Notes under the pieces: generated by a model | What the model was told of the DNA's origin: nothing | Database searches by the model: none | The model's input: only the letters and a program-made list of their open reading frames with translations | DNA from: Hyaloraphidium curvatum SAG 235-1 | Taxonomy: Eukaryota; Fungi; Monoblepharomycota | Direction: 5' to 3' | DNA: 64,000 nucleotides | Assembly: GCA_025558095.1 (NCBI GenBank) | Contig: JAIVFI010000037.1 | Location: forward strand, 310,001 to 374,000 | Translations under genes and position numbers: made by a program | In this document: piece after piece, positions 53,852-64,000 of the stretch | How the letters are laid out: the number at the start of each line of letters is the position of its first letter | Numbering within the stretch: position 1 is the stretch's first letter

Positions 53852-56800
53852 TTACGTCGCCGGCGCCTCCGAATTCGACGCGGCACCTGCCTGCGGCTCG
53901 GCAAGCCGGGCAAGCCGCTTCTGCTCCTTTTCAAGCGCGATGTTCCTCAGCATCTCTTCGGCCTCCGGCCCGGTTTCGTGCACCATGCTCCGGAACCGCC
54001 CGTCTGGCTTCTGCAGCAGCTCGTGAGGGGTGCCAAACTCCGCCAGCTCGCCCGAATCCATGACCTGCGAAGCGCAAATCGTCAGAACGATGAAGCGATC
54101 GATTAAAGCTGCTCACCATTATTAGATCGTAGTCGATAATCGTCTGGAGGCGGTGGGCGACGCAGAGCACCGTTGACTGCGCAAACAGCCCCGTCTCGGA
54201 CCTGATCGCCGCCTGGATGAGCCTGTCCGTCGACAAGTCGATATTCGCGGTGGCCTCGTCCATTACGATGAGCCTGAGTGAAAGGGTGGCCCCAGGTGAG
54301 CTCCGGAGGCCTCCCGCCGCGTTCCGGCAACCTACCGCGTGTTCTTCAACACCGCCCTTGCGACGCAGATCAGCTGGCGTTCAAATCAGCTAGCGGTTGC
54401 TAATTGTCGTCGCATCTCCCTCCCACCTGGCGCTCGCCAACGCTCCAGTTGCCGCCTTGGTCCAGCACCGCAGAATCCAGCTTCCCGGGAAGGCGGGACA
54501 CCTTGTCCTTCAGCTCCACGACCTCAAGGGCATTCCAGATTCGCTCGTCGCCGTAGCTGAAAGGATCTTGGTCAGTGATTCGAATCGCGCGGCGCCCCAT
54601 TGCTGCAACGAACCGGTTGAACGGGTCGATGTTGAAACGAAGGGTCCCCTTTGCGGTTGGTCAGTGATTCGAATTTCGCGAATTTCCGGCCCGCAATTAC
54701 CTTGAACAAAAACGGTTCCTAGTATATTCGGACGGCGGTCAGCCACGAAGGTCATCAGCGAAATAGCAGCTCACCTGGGGGATGATGGAAATCGAAGACC
54801 GCAGATCGGCCAGACCCAGGGTCGACGTCGCGAGCCCGTCAATCACGACGCACTTCTCCGGGTCCGGTTCCACGAGCCGGAACAGGGCGGATATGAAGGA
54901 CGACTGGGCCGGCTGTCAGTTCGCTCGGGCTGGCGACAGCAAGACGAAGAGATACCTTTCCGGCACCGGTGCGGCCGACGATGCCGACCTTGCTTCCAGG
55001 ACTGACCGATACAGTTATTCCGTTCAGAACCTTCTGGTTCGTGACGGGGTACGTTAGCGACATGTCCTTGATGTCGACTTCGCCGTGCATCGGCCACCCC
55101 GGGGGCGGCTTCACATCCGTGTGCGCCGGGGGTTCCGAGGGCAACTTCGTGTACTCCAAGACGCGTTCGCTAACGAAAACAAGAATGAATCAATTTGATC
55201 TGGCGAAGGGCAGGCGAGGCACGCACGTCGCGACCATCAGATTCTCCACCTCCGTCGATTGTCGGACCTATTGGGGCAAAGTTAGACCAGAAACGTGAGA
55301 TCGACAAGTAGTGGTACTTACGGCCCACTGATTCAAGCCCAGGAGCTGAGAAATGTAGCTCAGAAGCAGGCCGACGAGGCCAGGGGTCAAGGAGTCTCGC
55401 AGGCCGACGCACAAGAAGGCCGTGGCCCCAAGGAAGAAGCCGCAGAGCATGTCAAGGCGGAAGCCAACCCAACGAGCACAAGAGATGAACTAGAGGGGGC
55501 ACGTATCAGATGAAGAACTGCTAACTGCCTTCAATGTTCTTCACCCACCGAGTAGAACAGCGTAGAGTTGATGTCCTGCAGCTCAAAGAACCTCGTCACG
55601 AACCGCGGTCCGGCGCGAAAAGCGCGGATGACGGAAAGTCCGTCCAGCGTTGCGGGAATAGCGGAATAGACTGGCGATCGCGACACCGACTCCAGTCTCT
55701 TGACTTGGCGAGATGTCCGGATGTACAATCGCCGGAAGATCCAGAAGATCCCGGCCAAGAACTGGGTGAACGAATTGTCAAGAAAGTTCAACGAGAACGC
55801 TACGCAACTAGCTCACCGGAATGAGGATGAGCACCCAAGGAACGAGGACACAGGCGAGGACAAGCACTCCGGAAATCATCGCGCAGCACTGCAAGAAGTC
55901 TGTCGAAGGATTGTGAGAAAGGTGCCGGCTCATCCAATGAATCGCAGCCTACCGAACATCGTAAGCGGTAGCATCTATCGAGGAACGAAGTGAGACGTGT
56001 GCACGATTTGCCGTCAAGGTCACCAACCTCGTCGATCTGATTCAGGTCCTTCGAGAATCTGGAATCGGCGTCAGCCAGCCGTCTACGAGCTATCCACCGC
56101 ACCATCGCTCGCACCTGTTGAGAACTCTGCCGTGCGGGTTCGTCTGGAACCAACTCAGAGGAGCACTCATGACGCAGTGGAGGGCATCCCTTGACAGGCC
56201 GTTGGACGAAGCCAGGGCCGTCATGTAGAAGATGAGCGCCCGTGTGAGAGAGACGCATACGAGTCCGGCCACCAGGCCTCCGTAAATGGCCAGGTTCCGA
56301 GGGTTGCGTTGAGATTCAGGCGACTGGTTCGTCCACGAGGAGAGCCACCAATCGCACATGACGCGCAGCGCCTCTCCCAGGGCCATCATGGACAACAGGA
56401 AGAAGGCCATGAACTTCCCTCCGCCGCGACTGAAGTACTCCAAGTAAACGCCACCCTTGACGCTCCCAACCGCGCGATCCTCAGCCACGAACTCCTTGTT
56501 CGTGTCGTCCTTGGCGCCAGAGTCCTTGGCCGTTGCCCCAGCAGCGGCCGTTGCCGGCGCAGAAGCTTCCGGTTTCTTCTTGTCCGGCCGAGACAACGTC
56601 ATCGGAGGCTGCGGCAGGTTCGACGGCGGAGGAACCAAAGACAGGCGCCGGGCGGCCCTGATCTCGCCCGTCGGCGTCCGAAGAAGAGGCTTGAGCCGCT
56701 CCACGCGCATGGTCCCCTCGTTCTTGCCCAGCTCCTCGGAATGATCGGGCACGGCCCCCTCATCGTCCTCGTCGTCCTCGTCGTCCTCCGAGTCGTGAAC

Positions 56801-59800
56801 TTGGATCTGAATCGCGGTCGCCTTGTCGTCCGCGGAGTCTTCCTTGTCCGGCCCGGCTAGATCGTCGATGTCCACATCCATCCCAACGTCGGCGGTCCTC
56901 TCGAACTCCTTCAGCACTTCGATGAACGGCGTGCCGACCTGCTTGTCCTGAGACGGATCGCCCACGATGTCGGCCCAAGAGCCTTGGGCTTGGATCCCGC
57001 CGTTTTCCAGAACCAAGATCGCGTCCGCGTTCCGCACGAACTGAAGATAGGTGATGAGTAGTTACTACGTTGGAACGCTGCGACAGAAACGAACCTGGAG
57101 CTGATGCGTGACGAGGAGAACGGCCTTGTTGCGCTCCCTGGTCAGCTTGCCGAGGATGGTGTTCTCGAAGAGATGGCGCCCGACGGCAGCATCGACCGCC
57201 GAGAGCGGGTCTTCATGGCCGTGCAGTTAGGCATATGGTGCGAGATTGCGATCAGGGAAACCCACCATCGAGGAGATAGAGTTGAGCGTCAGAATACACT
57301 GCGCGTGCCAATGAAAGCCGCTTCGAACGGAGGCTGAGTTGCAGTACCAGCCAGCACGAAGGAGGTCATGCTCACCGCACGCTGTCCTCCGGAAAGCTGG
57401 ACACCACGTTCACCGATGAGCGAATCGGCACCCTTGGGAAGCAGCTCCAGATCCCGTCCGAGGGCACAATCTGCGATTGTCTGGTCGAACTTGGCCTGCT
57501 CGAACTCGCCTCCAAAAACGATATTGTCGCGACTTCGGTGAGAGGTCAGCTCAAGTTTGCCTCGCATCCGAAGCGCAACGTACACAGTCCCAGAGACAAT
57601 CCACGGGGACTGCGGACAGTAGGCAACCTTGTCCGGCAGAACCCTCACCGATCCCCGCTGCGTGATCATCTCCCCGAGAATGGCCAAAATCGTGGACGAC
57701 TTTCCCGCACCGACGGGGCCGACAATGGCGGTCAGTTTTCCAGGCTTCAGTTCGAGGCTGATGTCCTGCAAAATGGTCCGCAGCTTCGGGGTGTGTACGA
57801 GGGACGTCGTCGACTCCTTGACCGTCTTGTTGAGGGCCCCTGGCCCGACCGGAGGCGGATCCTCGGCCGGCGGGAACTCCGGTATCTTCGCCGTGTCGAG
57901 CATGACCAGGCCAGTGTTGTTCCGACGGCCCCTCCGAGACGGCACGATCGAAAAGTTCAGCTGCCTGGCGTTGACAGGCATCGGTCCGTCGCTGCGCTGC
58001 CTCACGGTGGCGTACGGATCGACGGCAGGCTTGTCCCCAGAGGTCGCCGCGACGTCCCACGCAAACGTGCCTCGCTCCACCGTGACGAGAGCTTTCTCGC
58101 GATCAACAGCGGGCGATATCGGCGTGCCCAGCAGCAGCGACCCTTGCGGGCTGCCGAGACTCTGCGCGCTCTGGCCACGCTTCGACCCGATCGGAATGGC
58201 AGCCCGGGACAGCCTCCTTTGCAAGGGAATGGCGTCCACCCCGTTCTGCGCCGGCGGAGCAGCCCTCGAACCCGATTCGCCGGACGGTCCACCTTCCCCG
58301 TACTCCTCGCCGATCTCGGGCAGCTCGAAGAAATCGCGCAGACGCTTGACGCTGATGAGGCTTTCAGCACCGAACTGCACGGCCTTGGTGAAGCTAACGG
58401 AGAGGATGGTGAGCCGCGCAGATAGAGATAGCATGCCACCAAACTCACTTGTTGGCCATCGTCAGGCGGGTAAGCTGGAGAGCGAGCGGTCAGATGACAG
58501 GAAAGACGCATTCAGCGACATAAGCCAACCTGGAAGAGGAAAAGAGCGGTGAAGACCTTGTCGGCGGTCAAGGTCTCGCCCAGCGCCCATGCCGTTCCCC
58601 AGGTCACGATGCCGATGATGGCCGTGGTGAAGTAGTAGCTGGCGTCGTTGATGGCGCGGAAGACGGAAGCCTTCTTAATGTAGGCGATCTCCTGGTCCCG
58701 CATCTCGTTCAGGCGGGCCTCGAAAGGCTCCTCCCAGGCGTACAGCTTCAACGGAATGAGCACAGGGCGACACGTAACGTCAGAAGCTGCCCACCTTGAC
58801 GACGTTGATGCCGAAGAGCACGTCCGAGGTCGAGCGGATGCGATCGTCGCGGATGCGCACAGTCTCCTTGCGGTACTTGCTGAACCGGTTCGCGAAGAAC
58901 GCCTGCAGGGGGATGATGGCGTACAGCGCCGCCAGGCCGGCCAGGGCGGGGCTGATGGTGTTGCGACATCAGTCTCCCTTGAGGCCTCAGTTGCTTCAAT
59001 ACTCACCCTACGCCGATCATGATGATCAAAATCACGCCGACGATGAGACTCTCGACGGGTCCCAGGATCAGGAAGTACGCAAACGGCGCCCCTGAAAGGA
59101 GCGACATCCGTCAGCCGAAAGCGAGGGCCAAGCGTCACGCCACTTACAGTCCTCCAGCTTCTGGACATCGTTGGAGACCAGGTTCACGATGACTCCGGTG
59201 GAGGATGTGTGACTGGAAACCGGGCACGATCGTCAGCTTGACGATCGAAGGCCAACCAGATTGCAACTCACGAGAGCGAGAGATGGAGCAGTTTCCGGTA
59301 GACCGAGGCGATGAAGCCGACGCGCATCTGGAAGCCCGTGCGGATCGACTGTGCTCCAAAGGTCAGAGATTGTCGACAGCTGAGGATCGGGAAACGTACG
59401 ATGTAGAACATCCAGTGCCTCAAGAGGGCGTCCATCAAGGTGACGACGAGCATGGCCGCTAAAAGTGGGCGTCAACGACCGCGCGACGGAACCCGCCGCG
59501 GGATCCCACCAGCGTAACCGTACCCCGCGCTCGCCGTCTGGGTCGGATCCCGCAGCCACCGCAGTAGGAACCCGAGCAGGATCGCGTTGCTGATCTTGGT
59601 CACCTCCTCGCACGCGGCCAGCATCATGCAGACCGAGTACCGCCCGCCAAAGACGTGGAAGATGACCCTCCAGATCGACGGCCGCGCCGGCGGGTCCTTC
59701 TTGGCGCACCGCAGGACCTCCCGGTTCCACTGGTACAGGATCGCGTCCGACAGGTCCGCGGCCGAGTCGGCCTCCTGCACCTTGGGAAAGTCCCGCAGCC

Positions 59801-60050
59801 CGAGGTTCTCGTTCCTGTACCCCTTCCTGATGAGCCAGGTCACGTATTCGTAGCTGACCATGCGGTAAAACCAGAGGAAGAACCACGCGACCGTGCGCAG
59901 CGCCCCGGGCGGCTTGCCGCGGCGGCCAGTGTGGTACTCGAGGTAACTGGGCCAGTCGGCCGTCCAGAGCGAGTTGGGCGGCATCCTCGCGTCCGGGTCG
60001 GCCGGCTGGGTCCCCGCCGTCCCGTTGGCGGCGCCGTTCGGGGGCTCCAT
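53852..60050 (-). CDS. ABCC/MRP-type ABC transporter (many introns, micro-exons)
   Basis: KLYAWE; [15 protein letters not shown]; [20 protein letters not shown]; [36 protein letters not shown]. Confidence 0.95.
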
Positions 60051-60627
60051 TGCCGGCAGGTGGTCAGGCTCCGTTCCGGCCGTGGCCACCGCCTGTCTCC
60101 CGCGCGTCCCCAACCCGACGCCCGAAATCCGCCTCCGAGAACGGAATCCGCTTCGAGCAAATCCCGCGACTTCCGTTCGCAGGGTCCGTTACGGTGGCCG
60201 GAGCCTCTCCCGCGGCCGGCGGACTTTGCCCCTGACGGACGGCAAACACGCGCCGCTGTTCACTGCAGGCGCGCTAGAGGGCCCGGAATCATGATCCGCT
60301 CCGGAAAGCGGGAAGTATCCGAGCCGCGGCCGGTGCCAAATCGCGATTCCGCGGGCGATTCGGGACACGGAACACGGATCCGCGGAGAGTAGTGAGCGCT
60401 TAGGTGGCACCGCACCTTCGGCAAAACGGGAGCCTCCCGCGCCGAAGAAGGAAGCCCTCTCCAAATCTTCGGCTCCAAATCTCGAGACGTACGATCCGAA
60501 ATAACATCTCCCCGCAATACACAGACAGCAACACTCATAGCAGCAGATACCAACGCGCCCCCCCCGATTCAAAGTCCTTGACAGCCCCCGATCGGCACCG
60601 TGCGCGCAGAGTCCGATCTCCCCCCCT

Positions 60628-60690
60628 TTGCACGCCTCAGGCCGCCCGTTGCACCCTTCAGGCCGCCCGTTGCACGCTTCAGGCCGCCCG
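60628..60690. repeat. 3 x 21-bp tandem repeat TTGCACSCYTCAGGCCGCCCG overlapping the Rieske-like gene stop codon
   Basis: Three consecutive near-identical copies. Confidence 0.9.
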
Positions 60691-62249
60691 CCTCTTCCTG
60701 AGCCAGCTCTCCACCACCTCCCGAACCTTGCTCTGGTACCAGATCACCCCCAGCTCCGCCGACGGGTGCAGCACGCCCCGCGAGTAGACCCCCCTCTCCA
60801 GGTTCAGGTTCGCCAGCTCGCACAGCTCGTAGTCCTCCTCCCCGACCTGCTTCATGAAGTACATGAACTGTTCGACGTCGTGCTGCGTCGGCAGCGGCGA
60901 CCTCGCGACGGCGGGCGACGCGTGCGACCGCCGCACGAAGATCTCGCGCTCCAGCATCGTCCTGCCCGCCGACAGCGGGACGACCTTGATGGTGTAGAAC
61001 CCCAGGCTGAAGCAGTTGAGGCTGAGGCCGGGGAAGGCGTAGAGCCACAGGCCCGTGGCGTCGCCCCAGCCGCTGCGCTCCTGCTTGGGGGGCCGGCGGC
61101 GGCCGCAGGCGTCGGCGGGGAGCTCGTCGCGGCGGGGGCACGAGTGGCGGCAGTAGAGGGAGTTTTCGACGGGTTCGACCTTGTAGAACTGGATCGCGTA
61201 GTCCCGGTTCAAGGACGGATGCGTTCCGGGGCAGTCTGCGAAGGGAGGAAGGGTCAGACAACGACGAGGAGGCCAAAAAAGAGATCCAGACGATAACACT
61301 CGCTATATCCGTCAACCCATCTGGACGTCCGGGAAGGGTAGGCGTGAGCTAGGAAGTGACCAGGGAACCACGAGCCTGCAACCCACGTTTTCCAGTTGAA
61401 GTCGCAGACCGACCTCCAGGTCGAATACAGCTCGCACCCGTCGAACTCGTACTCGCGCAGCGTGTCCTCAAAGTCGCCAAAGTACTCGAGGAAGGTCGGG
61501 CAGGGCTCGTCCGCCGGGGTGAGGTTCACAAAGACCAGATTCGAGGGAATCGTGATGTGGATGCGGATGGGGACGAAGGTTTCGGCAACGAGATCCACCT
61601 CGGCGGGCGTGAGCTGGAAGGCGGGGCGGCGTCAGCGTGTTGGCAAGGGTCGTCGGGGCTGACTCACAATGCCGCAGTCCAGCTCCCTCAGCTCGCGCCC
61701 GAAATCGGTCCGCAGCTCCGTCCGCGGGGTCATGGGCCTGCCCCTGCCCGGCGCAATCCCGACGTAGCCCTTCCACTCGCCCCGCACGCGCGCGAGGAAG
61801 TAGTCGATTCCTCCAGCGTGGAGCTGCCTACAGGTGCCGCCCTCGACGGTGCCCGCCACGCGGCCGTTGGGGTACAGCACCGACAGGTGACACGCGTAGG
61901 TCCAGCCGCGCCGAAAGACGGCCTCCTGCTCGACGGCGTGCACTTCGGGGCTCGTGAACCACTTGGCGCTCATGGTGAAGGGCGTGCCGACGACCACGGG
62001 GTCGCTGGCCTTGTGCGCCGACACCGGGGAGACGTCGATGTCGCCGGCGGGCAGGTCAGCGGCGGTCGAGGCGACCTCTGTCTCGGAGAAGGTCGAGGCG
62101 TTGTCGGGGTGAGTGTTGTGGGCCGAATAAACGGTTTCGCTGTAGACCGAGCCGCGCCGGCGGGGCTCGGCGGGGCCCGCCGACGGCGCATACGGCGGCT
62201 TCAGCAGCGGCGGCGCGGCGGCGGGGGGCAGCGCGGCCGGGGGCGGCAT
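60679..62249 (-). CDS. Choline monooxygenase-like Rieske oxygenase alpha subunit lacking the [2Fe-2S] ligands
   Basis: WFTSPEVHAVEQEAVFRRGW; spliced NWKTWVDGYSECYHCPGTHP; KQVGEEDYELCE; GVYSRGVLHPSAE. No CxH or CxxH. Confidence 0.82.
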
Positions 62250-63299
62250 GTTGGGGCGGCACGTGCGCGCGCGGCGTGCGGAGTTTGCGGGCCGCGGCGG
62301 CGCGGCGGCGGGGCGGTCGCGCGCGGGGAGGTCTGCCGGGGCGGCGGCCGGGCCCTGCGGTGGCGGCGGAGGGCGCACGGAGCCGGGGGGGCCGGAGATC
62401 CGGGGCGGGGATACTGTGTTGACGTCGAGGGCGCGTGCTGTATTGAACCGCCGCCCTGTGACTCGATGGAATGAAACGACCTGCTACGGCAGATCCAAGC
62501 AAAGACTGGCCGCTGAGGTGCCTTTCTACCTGCTTGGCTCGGGAGACAGGAAGGAATGGCGCTTGGCTTGCCCTGGGGCCGCCGTCGTGTGCCTGGCCTC
62601 CCAAACTGGGTCTTTCACATGTTGGGACCCGTCCAGGCACTCGTCCGAGGCTGAGCCCGTTGGCGGTCGGCAGGATACCCGTTCGGTCGATTTTGGAAAG
62701 CATCCCGGCGGCCTGCATGTAGATCACGCCCGAGGATCGCCGGAACGAGCGTTTCCTCGGGATGGCGGACAGCGACCTGCTCCGAACCCTCAGTCCCTCG
62801 AAACAGCCTATGGGCCCAGGTCCCAAGCGCCCCCATTCGCGACATCAAAACCACCCGGCGCGAGCCTAGCCGGATTCCCCGTAGCTCAAGCGTCTTGATC
62901 CCCCGTCACTCCGTTTCGACGACGGTGTTGGGCAGGGACCGTCCACGATCTCACTCTGCAAGCGCACCGGCGCCCCCGGCCTGGCTCCGCCTGCCCGCCG
63001 CCGCCTGCACGCTTGGACCTAGACATTGGACATCGCCCTTGCCGCCCTGCCAGAGACGGCCGTGGGCAGCTGGACCGAGTGGGAGATGGTCTGGGCCCCG
63101 GCCGTTGCCGTTTGTTGTATTGCCCGTGGCTGTGTATGTCTTCCCTGTTCGCCGATAGACCGCCCTCTGCCATTTCTGCCCTCTGCCCCGTCCGCTGGCT
63201 GCGTTGAGGCTCTTTCCCCGGAGCGGAGACGTACGCCATTGCATGTTGGAATCCGGGAGTGCCCGGCAAGCCGAGAAACGCCGCCAAGCGCAAGCGACC

Positions 63300-63563
63300 A
63301 TGGCCTTCCCGACCGACAAGGAAATCGCCGCCGAGCTTCTGAGGGCCGAGACCGCCAAGATCAGGGAGTTCAAGGGCGACCCGGTAGCTAGGGCCTTCTA
63401 TAGCCTGTTCCCGAGCCAGTTCTTGCCGGCGGAGGAATACAAGCGTTTGGCCGACTGCTACCGCCGCCAACGACTGCTACACGCGCCGCCTCCCATCGGC
63501 GACATCGAGCAAGACGCAAACGAGAACGAGCCCACGCCCAAGCCCACTCCGCAGCGCCTTTGA
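63300..63563 (+). CDS. Possible small hypothetical protein or terminal exon
   Basis: ATG at 63300 opens an 87-aa frame with protein-like composition; no recognisable motif. Confidence 0.35.
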   Translation: MAFPTDKEIAAELLRAETAKIREFKGDPVARAFYSLFPSQFLPAEEYKRLADCYRRQRLLHAPPPIGDIEQDANENEPTPKPTPQRL

Positions 63564-63576
63564 TAGAGATCTGATC

Positions 63577-64000
63577 TCACTCCACGACGGTGTTGCGCAA
63601 GGACTTCCAGACCGCCGTTTGCTGCCGCACGCCGACCGAGTTCACCGGCCTCAGCTCCCTGACAACGATCTTGGTGTGCGGGGGCCTGTTCCTCGCGCTG
63701 TCGAGCAAGCTGCGGGCAAACGAACGTCCGATAGCGGCTTCTTCCTCCTCGGGGTCTTCGTCTTCGTCGTCGGAGGATTCCATGCCCGCCAGACGCCGCA
63801 CTGAGATTTTCGGGGACAGGAGGACGAGCTCCCGCGGGAAGCATTCGGCCACGAGCTGCACGACCACGTACGGCGCCGGCTCGTTCACGACCACCAGGGG
63901 GAAGTGGGAGAGCCTGCCCAGGAGGCTGTGATGGTAGTGCGTCTGGTTGGGGTGTGACATCGAGACGCGCTCCACCGTCGCAAGCATGGGAGAGGCGAAA
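63577..64000 (-). CDS. 3' end of a hypothetical gene running off the window
   Basis: Open frame to the window edge with GC3-biased codons and an acidic tract. Confidence 0.55.
   Translation of the reverse strand, partial: FASPMLATVERVSMSHPNQTHYHHSLLGRLSHFPLVVVNEPAPYVVVQLVAECFPRELVLLSPKISVRRLAGMESSDDEDEDPEEEEAAIGRSFARSLLDSARNRPPHTKIVVRELRPVNSVGVRQQTAVWKSLRNTVVE

Overview
Eukaryotic DNA: GC-rich, extremely gene-dense, with 50-80 bp GT-AG introns. The gene content looks like an early-diverging (chytrid/monoblepharid-type) fungus, which is an inference. Bases 1-15.3 kb are a nested retroelement cluster: a 2011-bp tandem array of a non-LTR (LINE) RT segment, a longer LINE copy with a (TATTC)n tail, a Ty1/copia element inserted into it, and older LINE fragments. 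From 15.3 kb to 64 kb lie about 20 tightly packed genes: CUL4, DHX16/PRP2, RRN3, VMA7, MGM1, a WDR91 N-terminal domain, PUS7, two Golgi-type glycosyltransferases, a secreted alpha/beta hydrolase, an ankyrin PP1 regulator, SLC26, a flightless-I-like gelsolin, MFSD1, a GlnT/GmaS-type ligase, a di-TOBE protein, ABCC and a Rieske-oxygenase-like gene. The main observations are: (1) an intron-containing bacterial-type gamma-glutamylmethylamide synthetase-like gene next to an intron-containing bacterial-type di-mop molybdate-binding (molbindin-like) gene; (2) a copia gag-pol junction with an in-frame UGA-CUA stop followed by a 9-bp stem-loop (readthrough signature), masked by a 606-bp insertion flanked by AGATG repeats; (3) a set of 5-bp duplications enclosing an 88-bp TG..CA mini-LTR, a 7-bp TG..CA remnant and a single base, suggesting graded footprints of lost LTR elements; (4) a choline-monooxygenase-like protein lacking all Rieske-cluster ligands, plus other half genes (WDR91 without WD40, FLII without LRR, a USP His-box relic); (5) DHX16 in which all three introns are in-frame and stop-free. 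All family assignments come from motif recognition by eye; no database search was run.
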